Shown in pieces: positions 1 through 10,763 of a stretch of DNA of 64,000 nt. Numbering within the stretch: position 1 is the stretch's first letter; the number at the start of each line of letters is the position of its first letter. The notes under the pieces are model-generated. The model did not search any database. It worked only from the letters and a program-made list of their open reading frames with translations, and had not been told where the DNA came from. The stretch lies in contig NW_003314397.1 of assembly GCF_000143415.4 (NCBI RefSeq), forward strand, positions 186,001 to 250,000, in the 5' to 3' direction. The position numbers were made by a program, and so were the translations under genes. This DNA comes from Selaginella moellendorffii (Eukaryota > Plantae > Lycopodiophyta).

Positions 1-2643
1 AGCGCAGCGAGAAGGAGGCAAAAGATACTCCTGACCATCAGCCGCTACATTTCACAGCGCTGTAGCAGCTCCGAGACTGATTTTCACGGCATCTCGAGGC
101 TGGAAGAAGTGGTGAGCATCATTAGAGAATGTGGAAATTCCAGGGATATAGGCAAGGGAAGAAAGATCCACGAGTTTATCTTGCAATCGGGAGGAGCGCA
201 TAACAAGTTCGTGGCTAATCTGCTCATAGAAATGTATGGAAAATGTGGGTGCCTGCAAGAGGCATTTGCAGTATTTAACGGGATTCCTTATCCCAACAAG
301 TATTCCTGGAAGATTTTGCTGCAGCTATACATAGACAATGGTTTGCTCCACTCGGCAGAGCAAACATTTAGGAATATGCCAGTCGAGATTCGAGATTCGG
401 ATGCCATTGCCTGGAATGCTATGATATCTGCATTTGCCCTGCACGGGCATCTTCTGGTCGCCTTAGATTTGTTCCACGACATGCCGCATCGGACGGTCGT
501 GTCATGGAACACCATCATCGCCGCGCTCATCCAGGCCGCCCGTTTTGAAGCCGCAATAAACGCGTATGAAAGGATGCCGGAGCACAATGCGACGTCGGGC
601 ACTGCGGTGCTCGCGGCGTACGGGCATGACGGGTACGTTGGCAGTGTGGAGGACGCCAAGGCCATGTTTGACGGCCTTCCGGAGCGCGATGTCATGGCAT
701 GGACGGCCATGGTGAGGGCGTACGGACTGCACGGTATGCTCGACGAAGCAAGGGCGGCATTCGACAAGATGCCTGCGTGGAGCATTGTGACGTGTACGGG
801 CCTGATGGTTATTTTCGCGGAAGGCGGGCATGTCTGTAAAGCCACGAATTTGTTCCAGGCAATGCCGGAGCACCACATCGTGTCATGCAGCCATATGATC
901 AAAATGTATGGTAGCATTGGCAGCCTCGAACAAGCTAAGAACATTTTTGATACTATGCCAGAAAGAGATCTCAAGTGCTGGAACGTTTTTCTTTCTGCAA
1001 ATACCGAAACTCAGCTTGCTCAGGTGACTTTTGAAAAGATGCCACTGTGGAGTGGAGTGTCTTTCACAGCACTATTACAAGCATTTCACATGGCTGGCAG
1101 TGTGAGTGATATGCTAGAGATCCTAGAGAGAATGCCAGAGAAGGACCTGGTTTCGTGGGTTGTGATGCTCAAAGGCTATGCCGAGAATGGGCATATGCTC
1201 GAGGCAAAAGAAGCGTTTGATCGTATGCCCCAGCACGATGCTTTCTCGTCAAACGCTATGCTCGCTGGACTTGCTCAAGCTGGAGAATCTGGGGCAGCTA
1301 GAGATTTTTTCGATGGAATGCCTTGTCGCAATGGGTATTCGTGGTCCACGATGATTAGGGACGCTGGGACAGCAGCAGTTGCCGAGATATTCTTTAGCTT
1401 GATGCCGCAGTGGGATTTGATGTCGTGCGGTGCCATGATCTCGGCCTACGCTGCTGTTGTTGACGGGATCGAGAGAGCGAAAGCTCGTTTTGAAACTATG
1501 GTCCAGCGTGGTGCCGATTTGTGGAGCTCAATGTTTCTAGCGTACGCTGGCCATGGTTCTCTCGTGGAAGCCGAGAAAACGTTTGAAAGAATCCCGCAAA
1601 GAAGTGTGAGAACTTGGACCGCGTTGCTCTCGGCTTATGGCGAGGGTGGCAATTGTGAGAAAGCCAAGAGTGTGTTTGAGAGGATGCCGAGCTTGGACAC
1701 GCAAGCGAGCAATGCCATGCTTGAAAGTCTTGCTTCTTCGTGCCTCCAGGAAGAAGCGAAAGCTCATTTTGATGGAATGCCTAGACGAGACTCTGCCTCG
1801 TGGAACGTTCTGATGTCCTCGAGCTCGAGCAGCAGCTCGATGGAAGCTACAAAATCCGTTTTTGATCGTGTTCCACAGTGGGAAATCTCCTCGTTTGCGT
1901 CCCTGATCCACACCTATTTCTGGAATGAGAAGATCGAGCAGGCCAGGAGCTTGTTCATGGGAATTCCTGAGTGGAGCACTGCTCTTTGCAATTACGTGAT
2001 CTTGGCACTGATGGAAAAAGGCCTGCTCCAAGAATCCAGGAACATCTTTGACGCGATCCCAAACAAAGCTCCCAGTTTGTGGGCCGTAGTCGTGGGGTAC
2101 ACCAGGAATGGGCACACGGAAGAAGCAATGGAGCTTTTTAATCGCCACACAGACTGCCAAGAGGATACTCTAGCTTGGAACTCCATCATTGCCCTCCACG
2201 CCACGAGAGGAGACGTCGATCAGGCTCTCCACAGCGCTTATCTCATGGAGCTCCAAGGTGTGGAGCCAGACGGACTCACATTCACGACGCTACTGGCATC
2301 GTGTAGCAAAGCCGGGATGGTGGAACAGGCATGGGGTCGTTTCATGGCGATGGTGGTGGACTATGGATTGAGAGCCTCGGCGAGCCAGTACCGAGTGATG
2401 GTAGATCTTGTGGCAAGGCTGGGAATGGTTGCGGAAGCCAAGGAATTGATTGATGGAATGCCATTCTCTCCCGACGTTGCAACATGGAGGACGCTCCTCT
2501 CAGCCTGTGTTGTCCATCATGACGCTTCCATGGGGTCTTGGGCAGCGATGGAGATGGCCGAGCTCGATTTGCTCAGCTCCTCAGCCTATGTCATGGTGTT
2601 CGGCCTGTGTGACACAAGTAGGGATCTTCCTCAGCTTGTCTAG
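1..2643 (+). CDS. PLS-class pentatricopeptide repeat protein, truncated E domain, no DYW (5' end lies outside the window)
   Basis: Intronless frame open from base 1 to TAG at 2641-2643. Contains 'NLLIEMYGKCG', many ~31-aa 'FD.MP.R..V.W' repeats and the E-domain start 'MPFSPDVATWRTLLSAC..H'. Confidence 0.9.
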   Translation, partial: SAARRRQKILLTISRYISQRCSSSETDFHGISRLEEVVSIIRECGNSRDIGKGRKIHEFILQSGGAHNKFVANLLIEMYGKCGCLQEAFAVFNGIPYPNKYSWKILLQLYIDNGLLHSAEQTFRNMPVEIRDSDAIAWNAMISAFALHGHLLVALDLFHDMPHRTVVSWNTIIAALIQAARFEAAINAYERMPEHNATSGTAVLAAYGHDGYVGSVEDAKAMFDGLPERDVMAWTAMVRAYGLHGMLDEARAAFDKMPAWSIVTCTGLMVIFAEGGHVCKATNLFQAMPEHHIVSCSHMIKMYGSIGSLEQAKNIFDTMPERDLKCWNVFLSANTETQLAQVTFEKMPLWSGVSFTALLQAFHMAGSVSDMLEILERMPEKDLVSWVVMLKGYAENGHMLEAKEAFDRMPQHDAFSSNAMLAGLAQAGESGAARDFFDGMPCRNGYSWSTMIRDAGTAAVAEIFFSLMPQWDLMSCGAMISAYAAVVDGIERAKARFETMVQRGADLWSSMFLAYAGHGSLVEAEKTFERIPQRSVRTWTALLSAYGEGGNCEKAKSVFERMPSLDTQASNAMLESLASSCLQEEAKAHFDGMPRRDSASWNVLMSSSSSSSSMEATKSVFDRVPQWEISSFASLIHTYFWNEKIEQARSLFMGIPEWSTALCNYVILALMEKGLLQESRNIFDAIPNKAPSLWAVVVGYTRNGHTEEAMELFNRHTDCQEDTLAWNSIIALHATRGDVDQALHSAYLMELQGVEPDGLTFTTLLASCSKAGMVEQAWGRFMAMVVDYGLRASASQYRVMVDLVARLGMVAEAKELIDGMPFSPDVATWRTLLSACVVHHDASMGSWAAMEMAELDLLSSSAYVMVFGLCDTSRDLPQLV

Positions 2644-2644
2644 A

Positions 2645-4260
2645 TGTAGGGGGTGTGATTAGGCGTTATGATGATGTTGTGGTTCTCTGGTCCAAAGGGC
2701 CAGTGAGGGCGTCTGTGCAGATGGAAAATCTCTCTTGGAGTACCTAGGCCATGGGCAACTGCTGGAGCCGCTGGTGAAGTACTACATTGCCACGGATGGC
2801 AGCAACTAACAGTGTGTATTGCACAAACTCATGCTTTGAGGCCGTTAGGGCAATTATGTGGATTAGGGGTGGAGCTATCCTGCTCTTATTCTTCAGCTCT
2901 GGAATCTTTCTGCATGGGGAGCAAGGGTTAGGCTGTGCCATTCTGGCCTTGTTGGAAAAGCCAAGCCTCACCCCACCCCCTCAAGGATTATGCATTTAAT
3001 AGTGTTTCTTGGAGTGTGCTTTAGAGTGAGCATCTTGAGTGTGGTTTTGGAATATCCTCACATTCATTCAGTGGGTTCTTTTGTTTGAACAATAAGTGTG
3101 TTTCTATTAGTGTTCTAAGTATTTTGGAGTGAGCATGTGTGGAGATCTTATGTTAGCATCCAAAGTGCATTATGAGGTTAGGTCACATGTACACACTTCT
3201 ATTGCATTATGAGGTTGCCAACTAACAGGCTGTGTTAGCAAGAGATTAGGGAAGCATCACCAAATTGATGTGTCAAATATTCTATGACACATGGCTTGAG
3301 TGATGAATTTGTTCATTGCACCCTTCTTGGTATCAGAGGATTTATATAACAATTCTTGCCTATATGGAGAGAACTAATTTTCAAAGTGTGAGTTTCTTTT
3401 ATTGATCTTTAATTCAATATTGTTGCAACATCTTCTTGAAGAGTTGAATGTAGAAAGATAGCCAATGGTGGATCTAGTTTAAAACTAAGTGAATCTTCTG
3501 TAAAGCCCAAAAAGCAAAGTTGGACTGATATTGTTGAGGAAGAGGAGCATGCCTAAGAAAAGACATTAGTAGCAATATCTTTAGTTAGTGCCAAGGGAAA
3601 AGATGCTCAAAAGGGTGGTGTGGGTATATTTGGTATGTTTATTCAAGAGCAAGGAGCAAGATCAAGAAAAGGGGAAAAAATAAGTTTGAAGCGCTTGCCA
3701 ATAGTTGATTTGCACTGCTGCGTCAGGGCTGTGTGCAAACAGTGCAGGGATCTCATAGACTCCACATTTTTCTACCAAGGAAGACCTTTTAAAGATGGAT
3801 ATAAAAGACTTTCACAAGCTTTTAGAGGAGCTAAAGGTTTGTATAACACCTTTAACATGCTTAAAGTTCCTTTCATCTATACCATTGAATCCTAATAGAA
3901 TGATCCTTCTTATATAAAATCTATAAATGTTAGTGGATTTTTATAGTTTGACTGAAAATCTTTATAATCCCCATCACAAAGTGATTTGACAAGTTCAAGT
4001 AGTTGTAAGCTACATATTTTTAAGATCATTTGTATTCCTGGTAATAAAAATTTAGTGGCTGATGTGCTAAGTTAGAGGGCATACATTAATGGTATTTTGG
4101 TGGTTCTCATTGATTTTGTGGTATCTTTTCCACATAAGTATATGACTGATTCTTATTTTAAGTCATTTAATGAGAGTTTTAAGCATGAGCTATATCCAGA
4201 GACTGAAACTTTTTTGTATAAAAATTATTCTCTTTCTTTCCAATTTGCCAGATTACCTCG
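2645..4260 (+). mobile_element. Degenerate Ty3/gypsy LTR retrotransposon remnant (putative LTR ~2645-3326, PBS 3328-3338, deleted gag/pol)
   Basis: TG start at 2645 and TGGTATCAGAG (tRNA-iMet primer-binding site) at 3328-3338. Near 4020-4080 it reads FKIICIPGNKNLVADVLS*R, the RNase H C-terminal motif, with a stop. Confidence 0.65.
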
Positions 4261-5000
4261 TCTATTCGACCAACACTGCCTTGGCCTTAGTTAAGTTCCC
4301 TCGCCAAGGTTCCCCCCTATTGTACTAACTCTTACTTGGTCCTATTTGGTTTCAACTACTCACTGCACGAACAATGGAGCATTAGCCACCCATCCACGAA
4401 TTCCCAAATCTTTCCCAATCCCTCTCCCTGGGTTACACTAGACTTAAGGTTTGGTTATACTTTCTACATGCACAAGTAACTAAGCACACCAAGCCTTCAA
4501 GTTTTTAACATCCCTTGATACAACAAAATTTGATCATGGGATCCTTTAAATCCCAAGCCTTAAATGCAACACTTGCTTCGGGATGCCGAAGGGAAACACC
4601 GTGCCCTAATGGCTTGGTATAGGTACTTCTATCCCCCCACGTCCATCCCGAAGGGAAGGCTTAAGCCCCTAGGAAGTGTGAGGACCAATGAGCCACAAGG
4701 TACTCAAGTGAGGCACCACTCCATATAAGCCGGGAGCACCGCAGTCAGTTTCCCTTTCGGGAGTGGGAGTTGCTCTTGAGCACTTCCTTAAGTGGCCCCT
4801 CCGGCACTACCCGAGTCCATGCTCACTCCCATCCAAAGCCCCTTAACCTTAGTCTCAACCTCAAGTTAGTTTAGAAACATTACTGGAAAGTTCCTTCAAG
4901 ATTGGTTCCTAAACCTTACTATCCCTACTATACTTTTGGAACCCCCTGCAGCCCCCCCTCGGGAGACGCTCGCTTTGGGCTTTCACCCCTCAACCTATAT
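4260..5000 (-). mobile_element. Possible LTR of a second retroelement in opposite orientation
   Basis: On the minus strand a purine tract (gagggggggc, ~4951-4960) precedes 'tgcagggggt', which resembles the 'tgtagggggt' start at 2645. No protein support. Confidence 0.3.
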
Positions 5001-5300
5001 TAGTACTCGAACTCAGTCTTGGACTTGATCTTAGACTCGATCTTGGACCCGACTTTGGACTCAGTCTCGGACTCGATCTTGGACTCGACCTTGGACTTGA
5101 TCTCGGACTTGACCTTAGACTCAAACTTGGACTCGGTCTCAGACCCGATCTCAGATCTTGGACTTTGTCTCGAGCTTGGTCTTGAACTCGGTCTTGAATT
5201 TAGTTTTGGAGTCAACCTCGGACTTGATCCTGGACTCTGCCTCAAACTCAGTCTCAGAGTCGATCTTAGACTCGATCTCGAACTCGGTCCTATCCGATGA
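5000..5300. repeat. Imperfect tandem array of ~12-bp units (consensus ~GACTCGATCTTG)
   Basis: Repeating gactc/gatcttg units; gives spurious periodic ORFs on both strands (LDSI/ESKI repeats). Confidence 0.85.
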
Positions 5301-5570
5301 ACTCTTTATCATTTCGATCATTCTTTCGGGGATTCTTTAACTTATGACACCTTGAGGAGTTGATTCCTTACAATAGTGAGGAAGAGCGAGATGGCTAATT
5401 TTTATTTATAACTTACACTTAAGATATTTTATATTGATAATAAAAAATTAATAATATAGCTTAAAAAATTTATATAAATACTAGTTATTAAATATTAAAA
5501 TAATAATTTCTATAAGGCAAAACCTCTATTAAATTCAACTAAGATTAGATATTAGGATAAATTACTACAT

Positions 5571-5816
5571 GTTGCATGTAACAATGTTTGGTTTGCTTAA
5601 TAGTAGTGTTATTATTACTTATTAATCCAATTGATCAAATAAAATTTATAACTAATAAGCATGTTTGTAATTTATAAACACAAGATTAATCTTATTGCAT
5701 ATCAACCATTAGATGATAGAATAAAAAAGAATATACTAAAAAAGGCTTAAGAAAGTTTATAAATTAGAAACTTATTTATAAAGTGTAAATGCAAGATTAA
5801 TCTAGATAAATAACAA
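5571..5816 (+). repeat. AT-rich dispersed repeat, copy 1 (copy 2 at 63682-63837)
   Basis: gttgcatgtaacaa..tttggtttgcttaatagtagtgttatt..tacttattaatc.aattgatcaaataaaa, agaataaaaaagaatata and gcaagattaatcta occur at both loci in the same orientation. Confidence 0.85.
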
Positions 5817-5975
5817 GAATACCCTAAAATCATCCCAAGCAAACCAGCTATTAAAACGTTAACAAAATATTATTTAGTGTACTAAAATATTCTCCTTTTT
5901 CTTGCTGTTCTTCAACAGAAGAATCAATCCAATCGTGAATTATGAGAAGGCAAGCGATCAGCTTCTAAAGTGGGA

Positions 5976-8924
5976 TCACCAGTAGTCTCCACACGAGCAC
6001 TTCCCATGCTCAAAGTGATGGAACCGGCTAGCGTCTCTCACGATGATCTTCCTGACAACCAGCTTAGACACGAGCTTCGTGAAGCTGTGACAGTCCGAGC
6101 AAACTCTAAGGTTCTTAAGCACCCGCACTGGTTTGCGTGGATTGGCGCGATCGTCCTGGATCACCATCAACCCAAAAGCGATCGCAAGCCGCTCGCTGTG
6201 GTGGCACAGCAGCTCGTCCTTGCTTTCCTCAGCGACGTGATGCAATACTTCGATGGTGTCTGGAACGTAGCCAGCTTCCTTGATCCCAGCGCTCAGCCGA
6301 TCCAGCTCTGCAATGATCTCTGGAGATCGAGGGTGGGATAAATCTCCAGCCACGAACCGATGGAGCGAGCCATCGTGCCGGATCACGCTGACTCCCGGCT
6401 GCTTCTTCACACCTCTGGCGATCATCATCCTTCTCACCGCGGCAACTTGGTCGTGCTTGCCGAGCACTGCGTAGATGTTGGCGAGGAGCACATAAGGAGC
6501 AACGTTTCCTGGATCGAGATCGAAGACACGCTCGGCAGCTCGAGCTCCACGATCACCATCGCGGTGGAGCTTGCAAGCAGCGAGCAGCATTCCCCACTCC
6601 ACTCCATCTGGGCGAAACGGCATGGTGGTGATGAGCTCCTCGGCAAGATCAAGGCGGCCGGATCGTCCGAGGCTGTCCACCATGCAGCAGTAATGTTCTT
6701 TCCTGTGATCCAATCCGTGGTCTCCGGCGATAGAGAGGAAGTATCTCCGGCTCTGTTTCATCAGTCCTTCGTGGCTGCAGGCGCTCAAGACGCTCACGAA
6801 AGTTACTCCATCGGGATCGATGCCTTCGATCTTCATCGCCTGGAAGAGGTCGAGAGCTCTCCTGGCGAGGCCGTTTTGCGAGCACGCGGTGATGATTGCG
6901 GTCCAGGAGATCACGTCCCTGTGCGGCATTGTTTCAAAGCTCCACTCGGCCTCGTCCATGAAACCACTGTGAGAAAACCCCGTTAGCAAGACGTTCCACA
7001 CGTACATGCTCCACTGCGGGATTTTGGCGAGGAGGATGGCCTTGGCTTGCTGGAATTCGTCGTTGTGGACGTGAGCTTCCACTAGGGCGTTCCACGACGA
7101 GGAGTTCTTGGCCGGTGCCTCGAAAAACAGCGTTTTTACAGTATCGAGCTCGCTGCTCTCCTGGTGGACGTGAGCGTTCAGCAGGATGTTCCACGAAAGG
7201 GTGTTGTGTTCTGGCATTTTCGCTTTCAAAGTGTTGGAGGCTTCCTCCAAATCTCCACTGCTTGCGAGGACCGAAACGATAGCGTTCCAACAGGATACTG
7301 TGTGCCGTGGCATCCTGCCAAAAACTTCTTTTGCCTCTTGGTGACGACCATTTGCAGCAAACACTTGCATCAAAGCGAGCCAGGAAGCCACTTCTTTGCC
7401 GACCATCCTGCTAAACACTACTCGAGCTTCCTCGACTTGGCCAATCCCCGACAAGCTAGCCATGATTCCTGCGTGAGAAACAGCGTCTCGGTCCGGCATT
7501 CGATCGTATGTCCACTTTGCTTGCGAGAAATTACCGTTTTGAGAATACGCTCCCATCAAACAGTTCCAGGAAACGATGTCGGTCTGTGGCATCCTCTCAA
7601 AAACAGCCTCCGCGTCGTTGACACGATCGCGAGCTTGAGCATAAGCCTGGATCATCGAGTTCCAGGTCACCACTCCCCGATGATGCATCGTGTCGAAGCA
7701 ATCCTTTGCAGCACAGCAGTGACCAGCGTCAGCGTACCCGGTAACCATTGCGTTCCAAGGAACGAGGTCCCAAAGCGGCATTTTTTCCAGCACGGACTTT
7801 GCTTCGTCTAGATAACCATTTTGGGCGTAGCTGACGATGATCGTCGTCCACGACACCAAGCTCACACTCGGCATCTTGTCGAAGAAACTTCTAGCCTCTC
7901 CAACGTCGCCCTGCTGGCCGAAAGCTTGGATCATCACAGTCCACGACACAACGTCATGGCGGGGCATTCTCTGGAAGATTTCCAGAGCTTGATCGTGGTT
8001 GTGAAAGCTCTGGGCGTAGCAAGAGAGCATCACATTCCAAGAGACATCGTTTCGTTCCGGCATGTTGTTGAAGTAGACCTTTGCTTCGTGTAGGTTGCCG
8101 CCTTGCGCAAATCCTTGCACCATGACAGTCCAGCTTACAAGGCTCCACTTCGGCATTCGGTCGAAAATCTGCGTGGCAAAAGCTAGCAGCCCCTTGCAAG
8201 CATATGCATCAAGAAAGGTCGTCCAGGAGATTACATTTCGCTGCGGCATTCTCCCGAAAGTCTTAGCAGCCTCATCCAGATTTTCCATCTGGGCATTTGC
8301 TGCTATCATAGTCGTCGCTGCCGCAACATTCCAGTGCGGCATTAAAGTAAATACATTAGCAGCCTCAAGCGGCCTTTGACTTTCAGATAGACCAGACACG
8401 AGGGCGGTCCAGGTGACCTCGTCGCGCTGCGGCATCAGATCAAATAAGTCCTGGCATAAACAAAAATGCCCCTTTACGGCATATGCTGCAACAAGTCCAT
8501 TCCAGGACACAACGTCTCGCGCGGGCATTACATTGAATACGGCACAAGCCTGGTCAAGCTGCGCGTCTTGAGCCAGAACGTTCACCATTGCATTCCACGT
8601 CACAACGCTTCTTTGCGGCATGTTTTGAAACAAGTCTCTCGCTTGCCGTGTATGCCCGTTCGCGGCATACGCTTGGAACAAGATGTTCCACGAGAAGACG
8701 TTGGGCATCTCGAGGCTGCAGAAGACGGCGTGGGCCTGGTCCAGGCAGCCACACTTGCCATACATCTGGATCAACAGATTGCCGAGATACGTGGGGAGGA
8801 GCTTGGTGGAGTCGAGAATGGAAGCGTGAATGAGCTTGCCCCACGAGAGATCCTTCGCGTCCCCGCATTGCCGCAGCCGATAAGCGATCTCGTCCTCCCA
8901 CGCAAGCAAGCGCCTCTTGCTCAT
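5976..8924 (-). CDS. PLS-class PPR protein with E/E+ and complete DYW deaminase domain (organellar C-to-U editing factor)
   Basis: Intronless, first ATG at 8924. PG box 'KKQPGVS', zinc motifs HSERLA and CSDCH, terminal CSCGDYW. Confidence 0.95.
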   Translation of the reverse strand: MSKRRLLAWEDEIAYRLRQCGDAKDLSWGKLIHASILDSTKLLPTYLGNLLIQMYGKCGCLDQAHAVFCSLEMPNVFSWNILFQAYAANGHTRQARDLFQNMPQRSVVTWNAMVNVLAQDAQLDQACAVFNVMPARDVVSWNGLVAAYAVKGHFCLCQDLFDLMPQRDEVTWTALVSGLSESQRPLEAANVFTLMPHWNVAAATTMIAANAQMENLDEAAKTFGRMPQRNVISWTTFLDAYACKGLLAFATQIFDRMPKWSLVSWTVMVQGFAQGGNLHEAKVYFNNMPERNDVSWNVMLSCYAQSFHNHDQALEIFQRMPRHDVVSWTVMIQAFGQQGDVGEARSFFDKMPSVSLVSWTTIIVSYAQNGYLDEAKSVLEKMPLWDLVPWNAMVTGYADAGHCCAAKDCFDTMHHRGVVTWNSMIQAYAQARDRVNDAEAVFERMPQTDIVSWNCLMGAYSQNGNFSQAKWTYDRMPDRDAVSHAGIMASLSGIGQVEEARVVFSRMVGKEVASWLALMQVFAANGRHQEAKEVFGRMPRHTVSCWNAIVSVLASSGDLEEASNTLKAKMPEHNTLSWNILLNAHVHQESSELDTVKTLFFEAPAKNSSSWNALVEAHVHNDEFQQAKAILLAKIPQWSMYVWNVLLTGFSHSGFMDEAEWSFETMPHRDVISWTAIITACSQNGLARRALDLFQAMKIEGIDPDGVTFVSVLSACSHEGLMKQSRRYFLSIAGDHGLDHRKEHYCCMVDSLGRSGRLDLAEELITTMPFRPDGVEWGMLLAACKLHRDGDRGARAAERVFDLDPGNVAPYVLLANIYAVLGKHDQVAAVRRMMIARGVKKQPGVSVIRHDGSLHRFVAGDLSHPRSPEIIAELDRLSAGIKEAGYVPDTIEVLHHVAEESKDELLCHHSERLAIAFGLMVIQDDRANPRKPVRVLKNLRVCSDCHSFTKLVSKLVVRKIIVRDASRFHHFEHGKCSCGDYW

Positions 8925-9191
8925 TCGCCATGACAACCGTGGAAACAAAAGCTTTTGAGGGTTTCTATTCCATCTAGGAAGTTGCTAGCTCTTGAAGCTC
9001 ACCAAGGACTTTTGCTCACCAGAGGGTACTAATCCTCGGAATGATAGTCTTGAGGTAACTTGGCGAGGATGACATCGTCCGGAAGGCTGTCACTGGTGGT
9101 GGCCGCCGCTCGCCTTTTTGGCTTCCATCTGGAATGCCCCTTACAAATCTTAAGTTCTCGTTTATATGTTACAAGCCGGGAGAGTTCTCTA

Positions 9192-10592
9192 TCAGAGCAA
9201 TCCCAGCGACTTGAGATGTTGGACGTGATCCGGCGGAAGGGGAGGAGGCGTCCAATCCGGTCCCAGTGACTCTCCATCCAGATCTTCCACCACATAGTCC
9301 TGCCGATGTGTTTTCCATTCATTCGTGAGCTAGATAGAACTCTAGAAAGAAAAAAACGAAGTTTTACCTTGGTTAGCATTCGCTTGGCCAAGATATGGTA
9401 GTGCCGCTGCCAAATTCTCTGGCAAACCATCGTCGCCACCAAAACGCTGTAGAAGATCCCGACGATTGCAAAGAGCGCCAGGACTGCAAGGCCGACGACG
9501 AGCAGCACCGGGGCCCCGGCTTCTCCCGCTCCGCTCAAGCAAGTGCCGCATTCTCCCATGGTTGCTGCGCAGCCTTCGAAGCAAGCCGTGCAATCGGTCC
9601 ACATACACATTGTTCCTGGTAAATGGCAGTCGGCGCAAGCTCTGGAAAAAACGTAGCAAAGCACGACATCAATCGCTATGTCTAAAAACCGAATTCTCTT
9701 TCACTCACCCGGGATGGCAGCAGCACATACAGACTTCTCGGCATGGCTGTGCGAGATCGTTGCGAACGCGACGATCGTAGCACGTCAAGAAACATCCTGA
9801 AAGCCCGAGCATGGAGAAGAAGAGAAACGCACCTAAGGAAAAAAAAAAGAAGAAGCAAAGCTCTTAGGTACAAAGCTCTTGTGGAAGGGTTGAAACAAAC
9901 CGCATATATAGTAGAACTTGTATAAACTCTCGAATCCAAATGCCAAGCGCATCCATTCTTTCTGCCGATGATCGATCAAATAAACCATGTACGCCAAGGC
10001 CGACGTGATCTTCAAGCAAAAGCAAAAGGTCAGTCAAGATGGAAAGAGCTATGGCGGAAGAAACTTGACTTACAACTTGGATGGCCGCAAAAATGAAGAG
10101 AATGTCTCTAGTGACAAAGAATCGAAACTTGAGCTGCCTCCATTTCCTATCAGCGGGTGCCTGGAGAACTCTGAGATGATACGGCGACTTACACGTCGTG
10201 CAGTGCGCGAAAGCGAAGCCTTCCTGCCACGATCCAACCCCGGCTTGCTGATAATCAGCGAGTTTTTGCTTAGAAATCTAAGAGCACCTTGACCGACCGC
10301 CAGTGATCCAGGCACGCGCGATGGACAAATTTCGAGGATCCCTTACACCTGCATGGCGCGATGAAATCGCGCCCTGGATGGAAACAAGCGATCATTCCCC
10401 ACCGCAGCTACCAGCTAGGGCCTCCTTACCGTCCGACTCGAGGCAAATCCGGCACTGGGGCTGCTCTCCCGGCCCGGCTTCCAGATCCAAATCGGCGCTG
10501 CTGCTGCGCTTCATCGGCATGAGCGGGATCGCCGCCGCGGCATCGCCGCTGGGATCGTCTGCCCTAGGCGATGGCGCCTCCTCGATCTCCAT
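9192..10592 (-). CDS. RING-CH (RINGv/MARCH-type) membrane E3 ubiquitin ligase, multi-exon
   Basis: CRICLESDG-RDFIAPCRCKGSSKFVHRACLDHWRSVK-EGFAFAHCTTC, then TM segments, a Cys-rich stretch and 'QRIWQRHYHILAKRMLTK'; ends HVQHLKSLGLL*. Confidence 0.9.
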
Positions 10593-10763
10593 AGCTCGAG
10601 CTTTGGCCGGGGTTCTTCAAACACAATGATTTTAGGGCTTCTACTGTCCACGTGGCGCCCTAGGCTTTGTCTTTCTTTTTCCAAGGGCTGGGACATGGCG
10701 GCAGTTACCTAGGGGCAATGGATCATCCAAGGATTTCTCTAGTCTTAGATCTCTAGGAAAAGA

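Noticed and set aside
5000-5300. CRISPR-like array or repeat-protein ORFs
   Set aside because: Contiguous degenerate 12-bp units without unique spacers, in a eukaryotic TE context; the ORFs are by-products of periodicity.
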